Of a stretch of DNA of 64,000 bases, positions 10,427-22,704 are shown piece by piece. The position numbers and the translations under genes were made by a program. Origin of the DNA: Pristiophorus japonicus (taxonomy: Eukaryota); NCBI RefSeq assembly GCF_044704955.1, contig NC_091981.1:31434001-31498000 (forward strand), read 5' to 3'. The number at the start of each line of letters is the position of its first letter. The stretch's first letter is position 1. The notes beneath the pieces were generated by a model that searched no databases, was not told where the DNA came from, and was given only the letters and a program-made list of their open reading frames with translations.

Positions 10427-13400
10427 ACATAAGAACAGAAGAACATAAGAAATAGGAACAGGAGTAGGCCATACGGCCCCTCGAGCCTGCTCAGCCATTC
10501 AATAAGATCATGGCTGATCTAATCATGGACTCAGCTCCACTTCCCCACCTGCTCCCCATAACCCCTTATTCCCTTATCTTTTAAGAAACTGTCGAGTTAT
10601 GTCTTAAATTTATTCAATGACCCACCTTCCACAGCTCTCTGAGGCAGCGAATTCCACAGATTTACAACCCTCTGAGAGAAGAAATTTCTCCTCATCTCAG
10701 TTTTAACTGGGCAGCCCCTTATTCTAAGATCATGCCCTCTAGTTCTAGTCTCCCCCATCAGTGGAAACATCCTCTCTGCATCCACCTTGCCAAGCCCCCT
10801 CATAATCTTATACGTTTCGATAAGATCACGTCTCATTCTTCTGAATTCCAATGAGTAGAGGCCCAAACTACTCAACCTTTCCTATGGACTGGAGGGTAGC
10901 TAATGTAACACCACTTTTTAAAAAGGGAGGGAGAGAGAAAGCGGGTAATTATAGACCGGTTAGCCTGACATCAATAGTGGGGAAAATGTTGGAATCCATT
11001 ATTAAGGATAAAATAACAGCGCATTTGGAAAGCAGTGACAGGATCGGTCCAAGTCAGCATGGATTTATGAAGGGGGAATCATGCTTGACAAATCTTCTGG
11101 AATTTTTTGAGGATGTAACTAGTAGAGTAGACAAGGGAGCACCAGTGGATGTGGTATATTTGGACTTTCAAAAGGCCTTTGACTGGGTCCCACATAAGAG
11201 ATTGGTGTATAAAATCAAAGCACATTGTATTGTTGGTAATGTACTGGCGTGGTTAGAGAATTGGTTGGCAGACAGGAAGCAGAGAGTCGGGATAAATGGG
11301 TCCTTTTCAGAATGGCAGGCAATGACTAGTGGAGTGCCGCAGGGCTCAGTGCTGGGATCCCAGCTCTTTACAATATACATTAATGATTTGAATGCAGGAA
11401 TTGAATGTAATATCTCGAAGTTTGCAGATGACACTAAACTGGGTGGCGATGTGAGCTGTGAGGAGGATGCTAAGAGGCTGCAGGGTGATTTGGACAGGTT
11501 AGGTGAGTGGGCAACTGCATGGCAGATGCAGTATAATGTGGATAAATGTGAGGTTATCCACTTTGGAGGCAATAACACGAAGGCAGAATATTATCTGAAT
11601 GGCGGCAGATTAGGAAAAGGGGAGGTGCAATGAGACCTGGGTGTCATGGTTCATCAGTCATTGAAAGTTGACATGCAGGTACAAAGGCGGTGAAGAAGGC
11701 AAATGGCATGTTGGCCTTCATAGCTAGGGGATTTGAGTATAGGAGCAGGGAGGTCTTACTGCAATTGTACAGGGCCTTGGTGAGAACTCATCTGGAATAT
11801 TGTGTTCAGTTTTGGTCTCCTAATCTGAGGAAGGATGTTCTTGTTATTGAGGGAGTGCAGCGAAGGGTTCACCAGACTGATTCCAGGGACGTATGAGGAG
11901 AGACTGGATCAACTGGGCCTTTATACACTGGAGTTTAGAAGGATGAGAGGGGCTCTAATAAAAAGTATAAGATTCTCACGGGTCAGGTTAGATGCAGGAA
12001 GAATGTTCCTGATGTTGGGGAAGTCCAGAACCAGGGGACACAGTCTTAGGATAAGGGGTAGGCCATTTAGGACTGAGATGAGGAGAAACTTCTTCACTCA
12101 GAGAGTTGTTAACCTGTGGACTTCCCTGCCGCAGAGAGTTGTTGATGCCAGTTCATTGGATATATTCAAGAGGGAGTTAGATATGGCCCTTACGGCTAAA
12201 GGGATCGAGGGGTATGGAGAGAAAGCAGGAAAGGGGTACTGAGGTGAATGATCAGCCATGATCTTATTGAATGGTGGTGCAGGCTCAAGGGCCGAATGGC
12301 CTACTCCTGCACCTATTTTCTATGTTTCTATGTTTCTGTAAGTCAACCCCCTCATCCCCGGAAACAACCTAGTGAACCTTCTCTGAATTCCCTCCAATGC
12401 AAGTGTATCCTTTCTTAAATATGGAAACCAAAACTGCACGCTGTATTCCAGGTGTGGCCTCACCAATACCCTGTATAGCTGCAGCAAGATTTCCCTGCTT
12501 TTATACTCCTTCCCCTTTGCAATAAAGGTCAAGATTCCATTGGCCTTTCTGATCACTTGCTGTACTTGCATACTATCCTTTTGTGTTTCATGCACAAATA
12601 CCCCCAGGCCCCACTGCACTGCGGCACTTTGCAATCTTTCTTCATTTAAATAATAACTTGCTCTTCAATTTTTTTCTGCCAAAGTGCATGACCTCACACT
12701 TTCCAACCATATACTCCATCTGCCAAATTCTTGCCCACTCACTTAGCCTGTCTATGTCCTTTTGCAGATTTTTTGTGTCCTCCTCACACATTGCTTTTCC
12801 TCCCATCTTTGTATCGTCAGCATACTTGACTATGTTACACTCAGTCCCTTCTTCCAAGTCGTTCATATGGATTGTAAATAGTTGGGGTCCCAGCACTGAT
12901 CCCTGCAGCACCCCACTAGTTACTGGTTGCCAACCAGAGAATGAACCATTTATCCCTACTCTCTGTTTTCTGTTTGTTCGCCAATCCTCTATCCACGCTA
13001 ATATATTCTCCAACCCCGTGAACTTTCAGCTTGTGCAGTGACCTTTTATGTGGCACCTTGTCAAATGCCTTCTGGAAGTCCAAATACACCACATCCACTG
13101 ATTCCCCTTTATCCACCCTGTTTGTTATATCCTCAAAGAACTCCAGCAAATTTGTCAAACAAGACTTCACCTTCATAAATCCATGCTGACTCTGCCTGAC
13201 CGAATTTTGCTTTTCCAAATGTCCTGTTACTGCTTCTTTAATAATGGACTCCAACATTTTCCCAACCACAGATGTTAGGCTAACTGGTCTATAGTTTCCT
13301 GCTTTTCGTCTGCCTCCTTTTTTAAAAGGGGCATTACATTTACAGTTTTCCAATCTGCTGGGACCTCCCCAGAATCCAGGGAATTTTGGTAAATTACAAC

Positions 13401-14727
13401 CAATGCATCCATAATCCCTGCCGCTACTTCTCTTAAGACCCTTGGATGCAAGCTATCAAGCCCAGGGGATTTATCTGCTTTTACTCCCATTATCTTACTG
13501 AGTACCACTTCCTTCGTGATTGTGATTGTGTTAAGTTCTGACCCCCCCTATAGCCCCTTGACTACCCACTGTCGGAATATTGTTAGTGTCCTCTACCGTA
13601 AGGACTGATACAAAATATTTGTTCACAGTTTCTGCCATCTCCATGTTCTCATTACTAATTCCCCGGTCTCATCCTCTAAGGGACCAACATTTACTTTAGC
13701 CACTCTTTTCCTTTTTATATACCTATAGAAACTCTTGCTATCTGTTTTTATATTTTGTGCTAGTTTACTTTCATAGTATATCTTCCCTTTCTTAATCATT
13801 TTTTTTGTTGTTCTTTGTTGGCTTTTAAAAGCTTCCCAGTCTTCTGTCCTCCCACTAGTTTTGGCCACTTTGTATACCCTTGTTTTTAATTGGATACCGT
13901 CCTTTATTTCTTTAGTTAGCCATGGATGGCTATCTTTTCTCTTACACCCTTTCCTCCTCACTGGAATATATTTTTCTTGAGAGTTGTGAAATATCTCCTT
14001 AAATGTACACCATTGTTCATCAACCATCTTACACTTTAATTTATTTTCCCAGTCCACTTTACCCAACTCTGCCCTCATACTTTCATAGTCTCCTTTATTT
14101 AAGCTTAGTACGCTGTTTAGAGATCCAACTTTCTCACCCTCCATCTGAATTTAAAATTCAATCATGCAATGATCACTCATTCCGAAGGGATCCTTTACTA
14201 GGAGTTGTTTGTTTATGAATCCTGTCTCATTACACAGGACCAGATCTAAGATAACCTGCTCCCTGGTTGGTTCCGTTACTTACTGCTCAAGGAACCCATC
14301 CCTTATGCACTCTATGAACTCCTCCTCAAGGCTACCCTGACCAATTTGATTTGTTCCAATTAAAATCACCCATGATTAATGCTGTTCCCTTTTTACAAGA
14401 CCCCACTATTTCCTGGTTTAAGCTCCGACCAACAGAGTTGTTACTGTTAAGGGCCTATAGACTACACCGACCAGTGACTTTTTCCCCTTATTGTTCCTGA
14501 TCTCCACCCAAACTGTTTCACACCCTTATCATTTGAGCCAATATCGTTTCTTACTATTGCAGTGATTCCATCCTTTATCAATAGAGCTACCCCACCTCCT
14601 GTTCCTTTCTGTCTGTCCTTCCGGATTGTCAAGTACCCCTGAATATTTAATTCCCAATCCTGGTCACCTTGCAACCACGTGTCTGTAATGGCTATCAGAT
14701 CATACCCATTTGTCTCAATTTGTGCTT
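10427..14727 (-). mobile_element. CR1 LINE (endonuclease to 3' tail), split by a second CR1 at 10885-12337
   Basis: QGYLTIRKDRQKGTGGGVALL, NYRPVSLTS, YLDFQKAFDKVPH, KYADDTK, RPHLEYSVQFW; sequence is continuous across 10884/12338. Confidence 0.92.
10885..12337 (+). mobile_element. CR1 LINE, 5'-truncated, nested in the opposite orientation
   Basis: RT ORF 10851-11633 (QHGF, VPQGSVLG, FADD), C-terminus and (TTTCTATG)n tail. Confidence 0.93.
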
Positions 14728-14925
14728 TATCCAGTCTGGCCTATATGTGACTCCAGACCAACAGCAATGTGGTGACCCTAAATACCCTCTGTGGGGGCCT
14801 AGCAAGTCACTCAGTTGTATTCAAGAAGGTGGCTCATCACCACCTTCTCGACGGGCAATTAGGGATGGACAATAAATGCTGGCCTTGTCAGTGATGCCCA
14901 CATCCCGTGAATGAATTTTTAAAAA
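14728..14925 (+). mobile_element. SINE 3' part with LINE-related tail
   Basis: TTCAAGAAGGTGGCTCATCACCACCTTCTC..CCACATCCCGTGAATGAA matches the LINE 3' end at 55525-55627. Confidence 0.7.
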
Positions 14926-16635
14926 CTTTCTTCTTCCTCCTATTTTATCGCATTTATTTTAGGCTGTTAAGAGTGGACAGAGAAAAGAAATCTAGAAGCT
15001 TTAAGCATTTGTGAATATTGCCAGCAGCGACCTCCAGCCTATACGGAATACCTTATTTGCCAGTAATTGACCACCTCACAAAATAAAATCATCCACACAT
15101 TTAATTATCAGCCACCTATTTTCCTATTATTAAAGATATTTTTCGAATCTCACGTCCCATATACTAAAGTGTCGGAAGACATAGATTAGTCTTGATGCTA
15201 AATCTCAATGGCGTGTTTGTGCATTACTGTTACCAATACCTACTTTTAGAAGTAAAGTCAATCCTGGGTTTTCTTTTGTAAGGCACTAACTGGAAGATCA
15301 TCTCATGGAAGTAGCATAACATCCAAAATAACATCTGTAATGCACTGAGCAGTTGCTGTCACGTTGAGTCTCAAGGAATTATGCTCCATCACCCAACTCC
15401 AAGATATTTTACTGCTTTAAACTGTTCTCTTAAATATGCATTTGCAACAAAAATAATTACCAAATGATGAGCATACCATATGATTCCAACAGGCGATGGA
15501 CGTCTCAAACCAACTCCAATACAAGGGGTGTATCTTATATAACAATCCTCGTTTTCAGTAAAATAATCATAACTTTTTATGCAAGGTACTGTAATAATTC
15601 ACATTATTCTGTGTGTCCCCAATTCACGGCATATTGTCAATTCTCTCCACAGCTGGGAATGGTAAGTAGTGTGCTGTGTCTTTTCTTCCAGATTCATTTT
15701 TCTGCAGGATTTTAATCTAGCATTTTGTAGTAAAAAAAATGGAAGAACCCTTTTCAGCATTCTGATTTTTGAGTAGGTTATTACTAGATATGCAATTTCT
15801 GGCCTTGAAGGCATGAAAAACACCTTTCAATGCCTCAACAGTCCGAGCCAATTATACAGATTCAACAAGTTGTCCTGTTCAGTGGTTAGCTTAATTATCA
15901 CAGTGCAGAATACTAACTACATCATTAGCTTTAGTCTGCTGCTCCTGTCTGCAGCAATAGCTTGTCTCAGATCTCCAATCCACTGGGACATACTTGTTCC
16001 CCTTCTAACATTATGTGATGTGTGTTTGGTGGGTACTTTATTCAGTGTTTTCTACAGAAATGGTAAAACAATATGGGGACATTTATTTTCAGAAAGTAGA
16101 TCTTGACTACATTTGCATCTAAAGCACAAATCTTGACTTTTTCTTTTGGATTGGCATCTACAGCAGCCCGTGCTTGAGATCTCTTAAACTGGAGGCTAAT
16201 TATCTAAGTACACGTCAATAATGAGGATGAGATGCATTTATACTGTTCCCTGGATAACTTATAGATTTTATAAAATACTCTGCTTGATTTCATTTTGTCA
16301 CTCATAAGGATGATGCCCTGTAAAGTATCTTAAAACGACCCCTGGTCGGGCTGCTGGCTGATTTTCTGATCCGGTCTTTGATCGCAAGCACTTATAATCT
16401 GTAACTCATTTTCAGTGAAAAACGATATTTGATTAGGCGTTTGTGATAAATAAAATTGCTGAAATAAAGTACTCTAACTTAATTTTTGCCTGCTTTTTAT
16501 TCACCTTGACAAAGGAGATTGCTGAATTGAAGAAAGCTTGCTATTAATTTCCAATGTAGGGGGTGTCTAAGGTCCTGGAATTATACAGTGGGGTACTAAT
16601 GGACAACACCTAATGCAATGAGCTAAAAAGAATCA

Positions 16636-16875
16636 GTGTGGAGATGAGGAGAAATGTTTTTATGCATCGAGTTGTTATGATTTGGAAAGCGCTGCCTGAC
16701 AGCAGATTCAATAGTAACCTGCAAAAGGAAATTGGATAAAAACTTGAAAAGGACAAATTTGCATGGCTATGGGGAAAGAACAGGGGAATAGCACTAATTG
16801 GATAGCTGTTTCAAAGAACCAGCACAGGCACAATGGGCGAAATGGCCTCCTTCTGTGCTGTATCATTCTATGATG
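16636..16875 (+). mobile_element. Old CR1 3' fragment
   Basis: GAGATGAGGAGAAATGTTTTT..AATGGCCTCCTTCTGTGCTGTATCATTCTATGAT tail. Confidence 0.7.
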
Positions 16876-17046
16876 AATTCCTCTTTCTGCAATTTTAACA
16901 GAGATACTTGCTCATTTATTTTAAATGGATCAGGGCCTTTGCAAAAATATTATTAGGCATTTGTATGTTAACATCCCATGTCTTTTATGATGTCCAACAT
17001 ACAGGTAATATTTAACTTAACATTGTTCTAGGATATTTAGATTGTG

Positions 17047-17235
17047 TATTGTGATATATTCTTACAACATCACTAAGAAACACACTCACAAGATGGCTAC
17101 AATACAGAAAACTGTCATCATGTGACCACATGATCCTTTATTATTTACATCAGTGGTTGCAGTACATCAGTAGTCCACTATGTGGAGTAGTAGTCCACTA
17201 GGGGGAGCTCTATTGCAGATATAGTTGTTGCAATA
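17047..17235. repeat. Probable decayed LTR
   Basis: TATTG..CAATA inverted ends; lies just upstream of an integrase remnant. Confidence 0.4.
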
Positions 17236-17799
17236 CTTCCGAGGGAACTGAGCAGAGACAAAAACGGTCTTCAGCATTCTCACTCCTTACTGCTTCACAT
17301 TCACTTCAGTATTTTATCAGCAAACTTATCTTTTTATCTGTAGACCACATTACATATTGCAAAGGGCTTAACACCTATTTCAGGCACAGGTCCTTCTGCA
17401 TTCACCAAAATGACGGCCGGCGCACTTCCGTCATGGAACAGGCATACACAGCCTGCAATATTGGAAGCTTTGCCGCCCATTTCACAGGTGTAAAATGGGC
17501 GCGGTACCAAGCAATTTATAGGCTCACCTGACTTCTCATGTGAAACACAAACTAACTGAACCTGGCAAGGGTTATTTACTTCTGCATGAAAACAAACTAG
17601 TAATTCCAAAGACATTTGGAGCTGCAGCATGAATGATACCAGGGTGTAGTTAAAACCAAATCTCTCTTTAGATAAGAGATATGATTCCATGCTGGTGACA
17701 GATATATAGATGTTGACAGGTACATAGAAGTTTACATTAAGAACTGTCGTCTACCCTGTCAAGTCATCTCCAAAGCACAATAGCAGGTGAGGATGGTCA

Positions 17800-18370
17800 A
17801 CTAAAGCATTAACTCATTCATGGCAGATACCTCCTGGTCATAATGGATGACCACTTGAGATTCACAAAAACTGGTCAGTAACAATAACCTCAGCTACAAC
17901 TGTCATACCAAAGCTTGAGAACATCTTTGTAGTGTACATCCTTCCACTAGTTGTTAAAAGTGACCATGGCCCAACTTCAAAGATGCCACAGCTGCTTTGC
18001 TTGCTGGTCATCTGGGTTTCCAGCCTAGGAAGGCAACCTTGAATTGGGTTCAAATATACAGTGAAATGGAGATATTTACAAAAACATGAATGGATGTTCT
18101 TTGCACTGACGAAAGACCTTAAGCCAAGATTTGTTTAAGTTTGTCAGAAACTGCTGAGCAACTCCTTGCATCTCAACTGATGCTCCATCAACAATGCAGC
18201 ATCCAGTACACCCTCATAGATTTAACTTCCCACACTGCTCGAAAAAAGAAAGAGAAGTGAAAATGAATAATAACTGGCCAATGAATACAAGAATGAAAAA
18301 GAATCTCAGTGTGCCGATTGACACCACTGTGTCAGCCAATGAGTTGGAGGTGGGGCAGGCTTTACAGCAG
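17800..18370 (+). pseudogene. Ancient Gypsy integrase remnant
   Basis: Across frameshifts: YLLVIMDDHLRF, TSATTVIPKLENIF, VVKSDHGP, HLGFQPRKAT, KFVRNC*ATP, ELEVGQ, in integrase-core order. Confidence 0.7.
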
Positions 18371-19118
18371 GACTTATAGCAAACAGTGTATTTTACATCA
18401 ATCAGAGTTTAGTTACTCAGCAAAGCAAACAAAGTCTATATACAGTATCTATTTAAAAGAGTCTTGACAAATGGCAGCAAACAGAATTCATGACTCAAAC
18501 TACAGCACCTTCTCCTGATAAAGGCAAGGAGATTTCTTCAGCATATTGCAGTGATTGTTGGAAAGTTACATAATGCAATTTATGTGTGTAAAATCAATCC
18601 CAGTCACCCACTGCAGAACAGACTCCAGGGTGATTGACAGGGGAAATTACCCAATCATCTCCTTTTTGGCCTGGAATAGCAGTGTCACGATAGGTAGGCA
18701 ATGAATTCCCTCTGAAAGTACGAATCAGTGTGTTCATAAAGAAACTGCAACTGCATGTCAAAGGTTCAATACTCTTATCACCCTTAACCATACCGAGCTT
18801 TGAGAAAATGAGGATATAGATTACTGCTGAGAGAGGAAACTATGAAGTTGCCATAAACAGCTCCAGTTTGAAGATTCTGCTAGAGAAATTTACCCTCCCA
18901 TGAATCTAATAATGATTGTGATATCTTCATTACAGATCAGGAGCAAACAAGGGATCTGGTTATTCAAATAGTTACAGCACCAAGAAGGTTGTGCATTGCA
19001 GTATCGCAGGTGGGTAGGTATGATACCACTGCCCATCTAAAGGATTAAATATCATAATGTAACATGTTATTTTAAGTGACATTATATACGAGCATACGAA
19101 AATGATAGGCAGGAATAG

Positions 19119-20003
19119 GTGGGCAGTGAGGGGGTGGGCAGTGACTGGGTGGGCAGTGAGGGGGTGGGCAGTGAAGGGGTGAGTAGTGAAAGGGTGGACA
19201 GTGAGAGAGTGGGCAGTGACACAGTGGGCAGTGACTGGGTGGGCAGTGAGGGGGTGGGTAGTGACACAGTGGGCAGTGAGGGAGTGGGCAATGACACGGT
19301 GGACAGTGAGAGAGTGGGCAGTGACTGGGTGGGCAGTGAGGGGGTGGGTAGTGACACAGTGGGCAGTGAGGGAGTGGGCAGTGACACAGTGGGCAGTGAG
19401 GGAGTGGGCAGTGACACAGTGGGCAGTGACTGGGTGGGCAGTGAAGGGGTGGGCAGTGACACAGTGGGCAGTGAAGGAGTGGGCAGTGACACAGTGGGCA
19501 GTGACTGGGTGGGCAGTGAGGGGGTGGGCAGTGAGGGTGTGGGCAGTGACACAGTGGGCAGTGAGGGAGTGGGCAGTGACACAGTGGGCAGTGAGGGAGT
19601 GGGCAGTGAGAGGGTGGGTAGTGCGGGGGTGGGCAGTGACTGGGTGGGCAGTGAGGGAGTGGGCAGTGAGGGGGTGGGCAGTGACTGGGTGGGCAGTGAG
19701 GGAGTGGGAAGTGAGGGGGTGGGCAGTGAAGGGGTGGGCAGTGACACAGTGGGAAGTGAGGGGGTGGGCAGTGAGGGGGTGGGCAGTGACACAGTGGGCA
19801 GTGAGGGGGTGGGCAGTGAGGGAGTGGGCAGTGAGGGAGTGGGCAGTGAGAGGGTGGGCAGTGACACAGTGGGCAGTGAGGAGGTGGGCAGTGAGGGAGT
19901 GGGAAGTGAGGGGGTGGGCAGTGAGGGAGTGGGCAGTGAGGGAGTGGGCAGTGAGAGGGTGGGCAGTGACACAGTAGGCAGTGAGGGGGTGGATAGTGAG
20001 TAG
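19119..20003 (+). repeat. 15-bp G-rich minisatellite, about 59 units, GTGGGCAGTGA+N4
   Basis: Direct reading; N4 variants GGGG, GGGA, CACA, CTGG, AGGG, GAGG. Confidence 0.97.
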
Positions 20004-20697
20004 GATGAGAGCAGTGGATATCCAGAGGAGATAGTGGTCAGTTTCCTCAGTCATGTTGCTTCTTTTGAGCATGCAGCAGGAGCATAAAGGGGAAGTGCAT
20101 TATTTGTGTGGCACAGAGAGAAGCGAGATGGTGGCGCAGCGGGTAACATGAGAGCAGAATCTAGAGCACAAACTACAGCACTTTCATGTCCTTTATAATA
20201 AAGAAACCCACAACCTACTGCAAATATGTCTTCAAAATTTCTAGGCTGCATTACCCGAGTGTAACTTAGTAAATAGCGCACCAAATCGTGGCTTCCCGAC
20301 TTGTACCATCCAGGGTCAGCGAATGGGAGCAGGAACTGGCGATAGTCAGATGTTGAGGGCAGAAAATGGCGTTGGGATCTAAATTACATCACTTGACCCC
20401 AATTTGCATATGTTCATGAGGCTGCCACCTCTTTCAGACGGAGTTCTGACAGCCAGGATTCACCTCTGCTAGAAAATCGGACCACACAGAGAAGCAGGCA
20501 TGCTAGTAGCCACCTCAGTTTTGGGCCTCTGTCACTGCATTATTCAGTATAAATGGTGATGGGGAGGCAGAGAGACTGACCAAATGAAATTGCCCCCAGT
20601 TTGTTCCAACTGGTAGAAAGAATAATGGCAAATCCGTCCATTCATATTTTTTATTTTCTTTGATCACTGGTATTACAAAGGAAGGCGTGAATAGATG

Positions 20698-21330
20698 GGG
20701 CTGGATTTTCAGTTGTCTATAGACTCAGTTAGCGGCCAGAGGGGGCGACAATGCGAGCATTCGAGCTCACCGGGGACACCAACCATTAGCGCCTGGCTGC
20801 CAACGATCACTCTGATCATGACGTATTCCTCATGCAGCACGCAAACTTGCGCCCTGGTTGGTAAAGTTGTCGCGTGCACCTCATTGAGCACCCGCCAATA
20901 ACAACATCGAGAAAAACAGTCGGTACAGGCTTGCAGAGTCAATAACTACTTGCTATTTTAAAGGGATGAGGAAGCAATGCAATATTTACACACGGCACGG
21001 TGCATGAACTTCCAAGTTTGCAGCGGCAGACAGACATAACAGTACAGCTTGAAAACAATTGATTTTGAAAACTTTAATGGGTGCATTACTATGCCGCGCC
21101 TTTAAGACTCGGCTTTTTCCGGGATCTGATTCGGAGTTCCGCGCATGCGCAGTGAGTCTTTCGTTATCGATTCCCCCCCAGCTCCGGTGTGCAACAGCTG
21201 ATTTATCGCACCTGTCAACTGTTCAACCGATTCTGATGAATTTTTGGGCAGGAGGCGCAAACTTTTCAAGGCGCTAAAAGTACCGCTCCGCCTGGATTAA
21301 CGCTGCAACAGAGGCGCGACCGAATTATAA
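20698..21330. mobile_element. Harbinger-type MITE, right end decayed
   Basis: Left TIR GGGCTGGATTTTCAGTTG matches 8874; CpG-rich interior with GCGCATGCGC. Confidence 0.55.
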
Positions 21331-22704
21331 TGTTTTAGCAATGACATGCTCCCTCAGTATAATCAACAAATATTCACTGCAATATTCCACTGTGGAATTA
21401 AATTGTTCAGTGTACACTGCTTTGTACTTGGCATAATTCAACCTGAATGCACAGATGCCTCAGGCATTTATTTCTTTCAATTGCAGACAGACATGGCCAA
21501 CAGAAAACGTGGCACATTGAGAAATGGCTGGGTTGCTCAGCAACTGCAGCACTGGCTCCCAGTTAGGTGTCCATAGGCTGATGGCCAACAGATATTTGGC
21601 ATTCTAATCCACCTGGCATTCCAATCCACCATGGCGTGCTTAGGAGGCATTTAATCAGTTGAGTAAGTAGCAATCCCTCCAATAGCAGAGACATCATAAT
21701 GTTTCTAGTCTTTATTTGCATAGATAGGTTGACAGAATAATGATGAATTAAAGCCAACTAGATATTAAGCATATTTTTGTTATAGTAGTACAGAAATAAA
21801 ATGGATGTATTTTGCCTTAGTGATCACCTTCACTGGCTCGATATTGAAATGAAAATGTGTGTGTTGAAGGCCAGGTGAACAACTTTGGTCCACGTGCTCA
21901 CTTAGGTAGTTATATCGATGATTGTTTCTGTGAAAGTGGAACTACTTAATTAAATTATGCTATCTTGAGGATTTTCCTTGCTTTATAATTATTTAATTAT
22001 AAGGACGATTCCGTTTCAAAAAGAAGCAACAGAAAAAATCAGGCAACCAGAGTTTGTTATTTCAATTCAATTTTGCCTTCAGGGATACATAATAAAGAAA
22101 AGTTAATGCCCTATATATTTAATGGCCTTTCTTGCCAGTTGTATGAACTTAGTTCTTCATTATTTTCTCAGGAATTTTGTTTATGTGACTGACAGGGGAT
22201 CGCTTGTTTTAATACACATTGCTCATGGGAGCTCTAAGTAACATCATGTTCGGGTTGTGGTGCGGAGGTTTACACCTTGCACCAGAATGTTGAGCCCATT
22301 AACTAGGAAAAGAACCTCTCCATCAATTGTACTGAGCAAATTTATACAATAGTGTGCAATAAGGTCACGTCACTGAGTGTGCCATTGTGTCTAGACTATA
22401 TGGTAAGATGGAGCTTTTGCGCTACTTTATCAAACATGTCAATGGCTCTGTTCCATCGTGCTTGTGGTAGGTTATGGGGATGTTACAAAATCAGCAATTA
22501 TGACATGTAGCTAACGGATCGCCTGCTCTTCTTCTGGTGCAGGTTTTGACTTATATGGTATGGTTGAGAAATTAGCCTTCTGTGTGATCCAGCCACAGCT
22601 ATCAGATCTTCCCACCCATCAGTGGGAGACCCAGATCTATGGGCAAACTTATCCTATTAATCGGAAAAGCCCTCATCCAATAAAAGATTGATGGACCTTT
22701 TCTT

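Noticed and set aside
18594-18791. Collagen-like IPGQKGD peptide
   Set aside because: Only two Gly-X-Y triplets; consistent with chance
22171-22237. Possible exon encoding NFVYVTDRGSLVLIHIAHGSS
   Set aside because: Good acceptor but weak donor; too short to assign to a family
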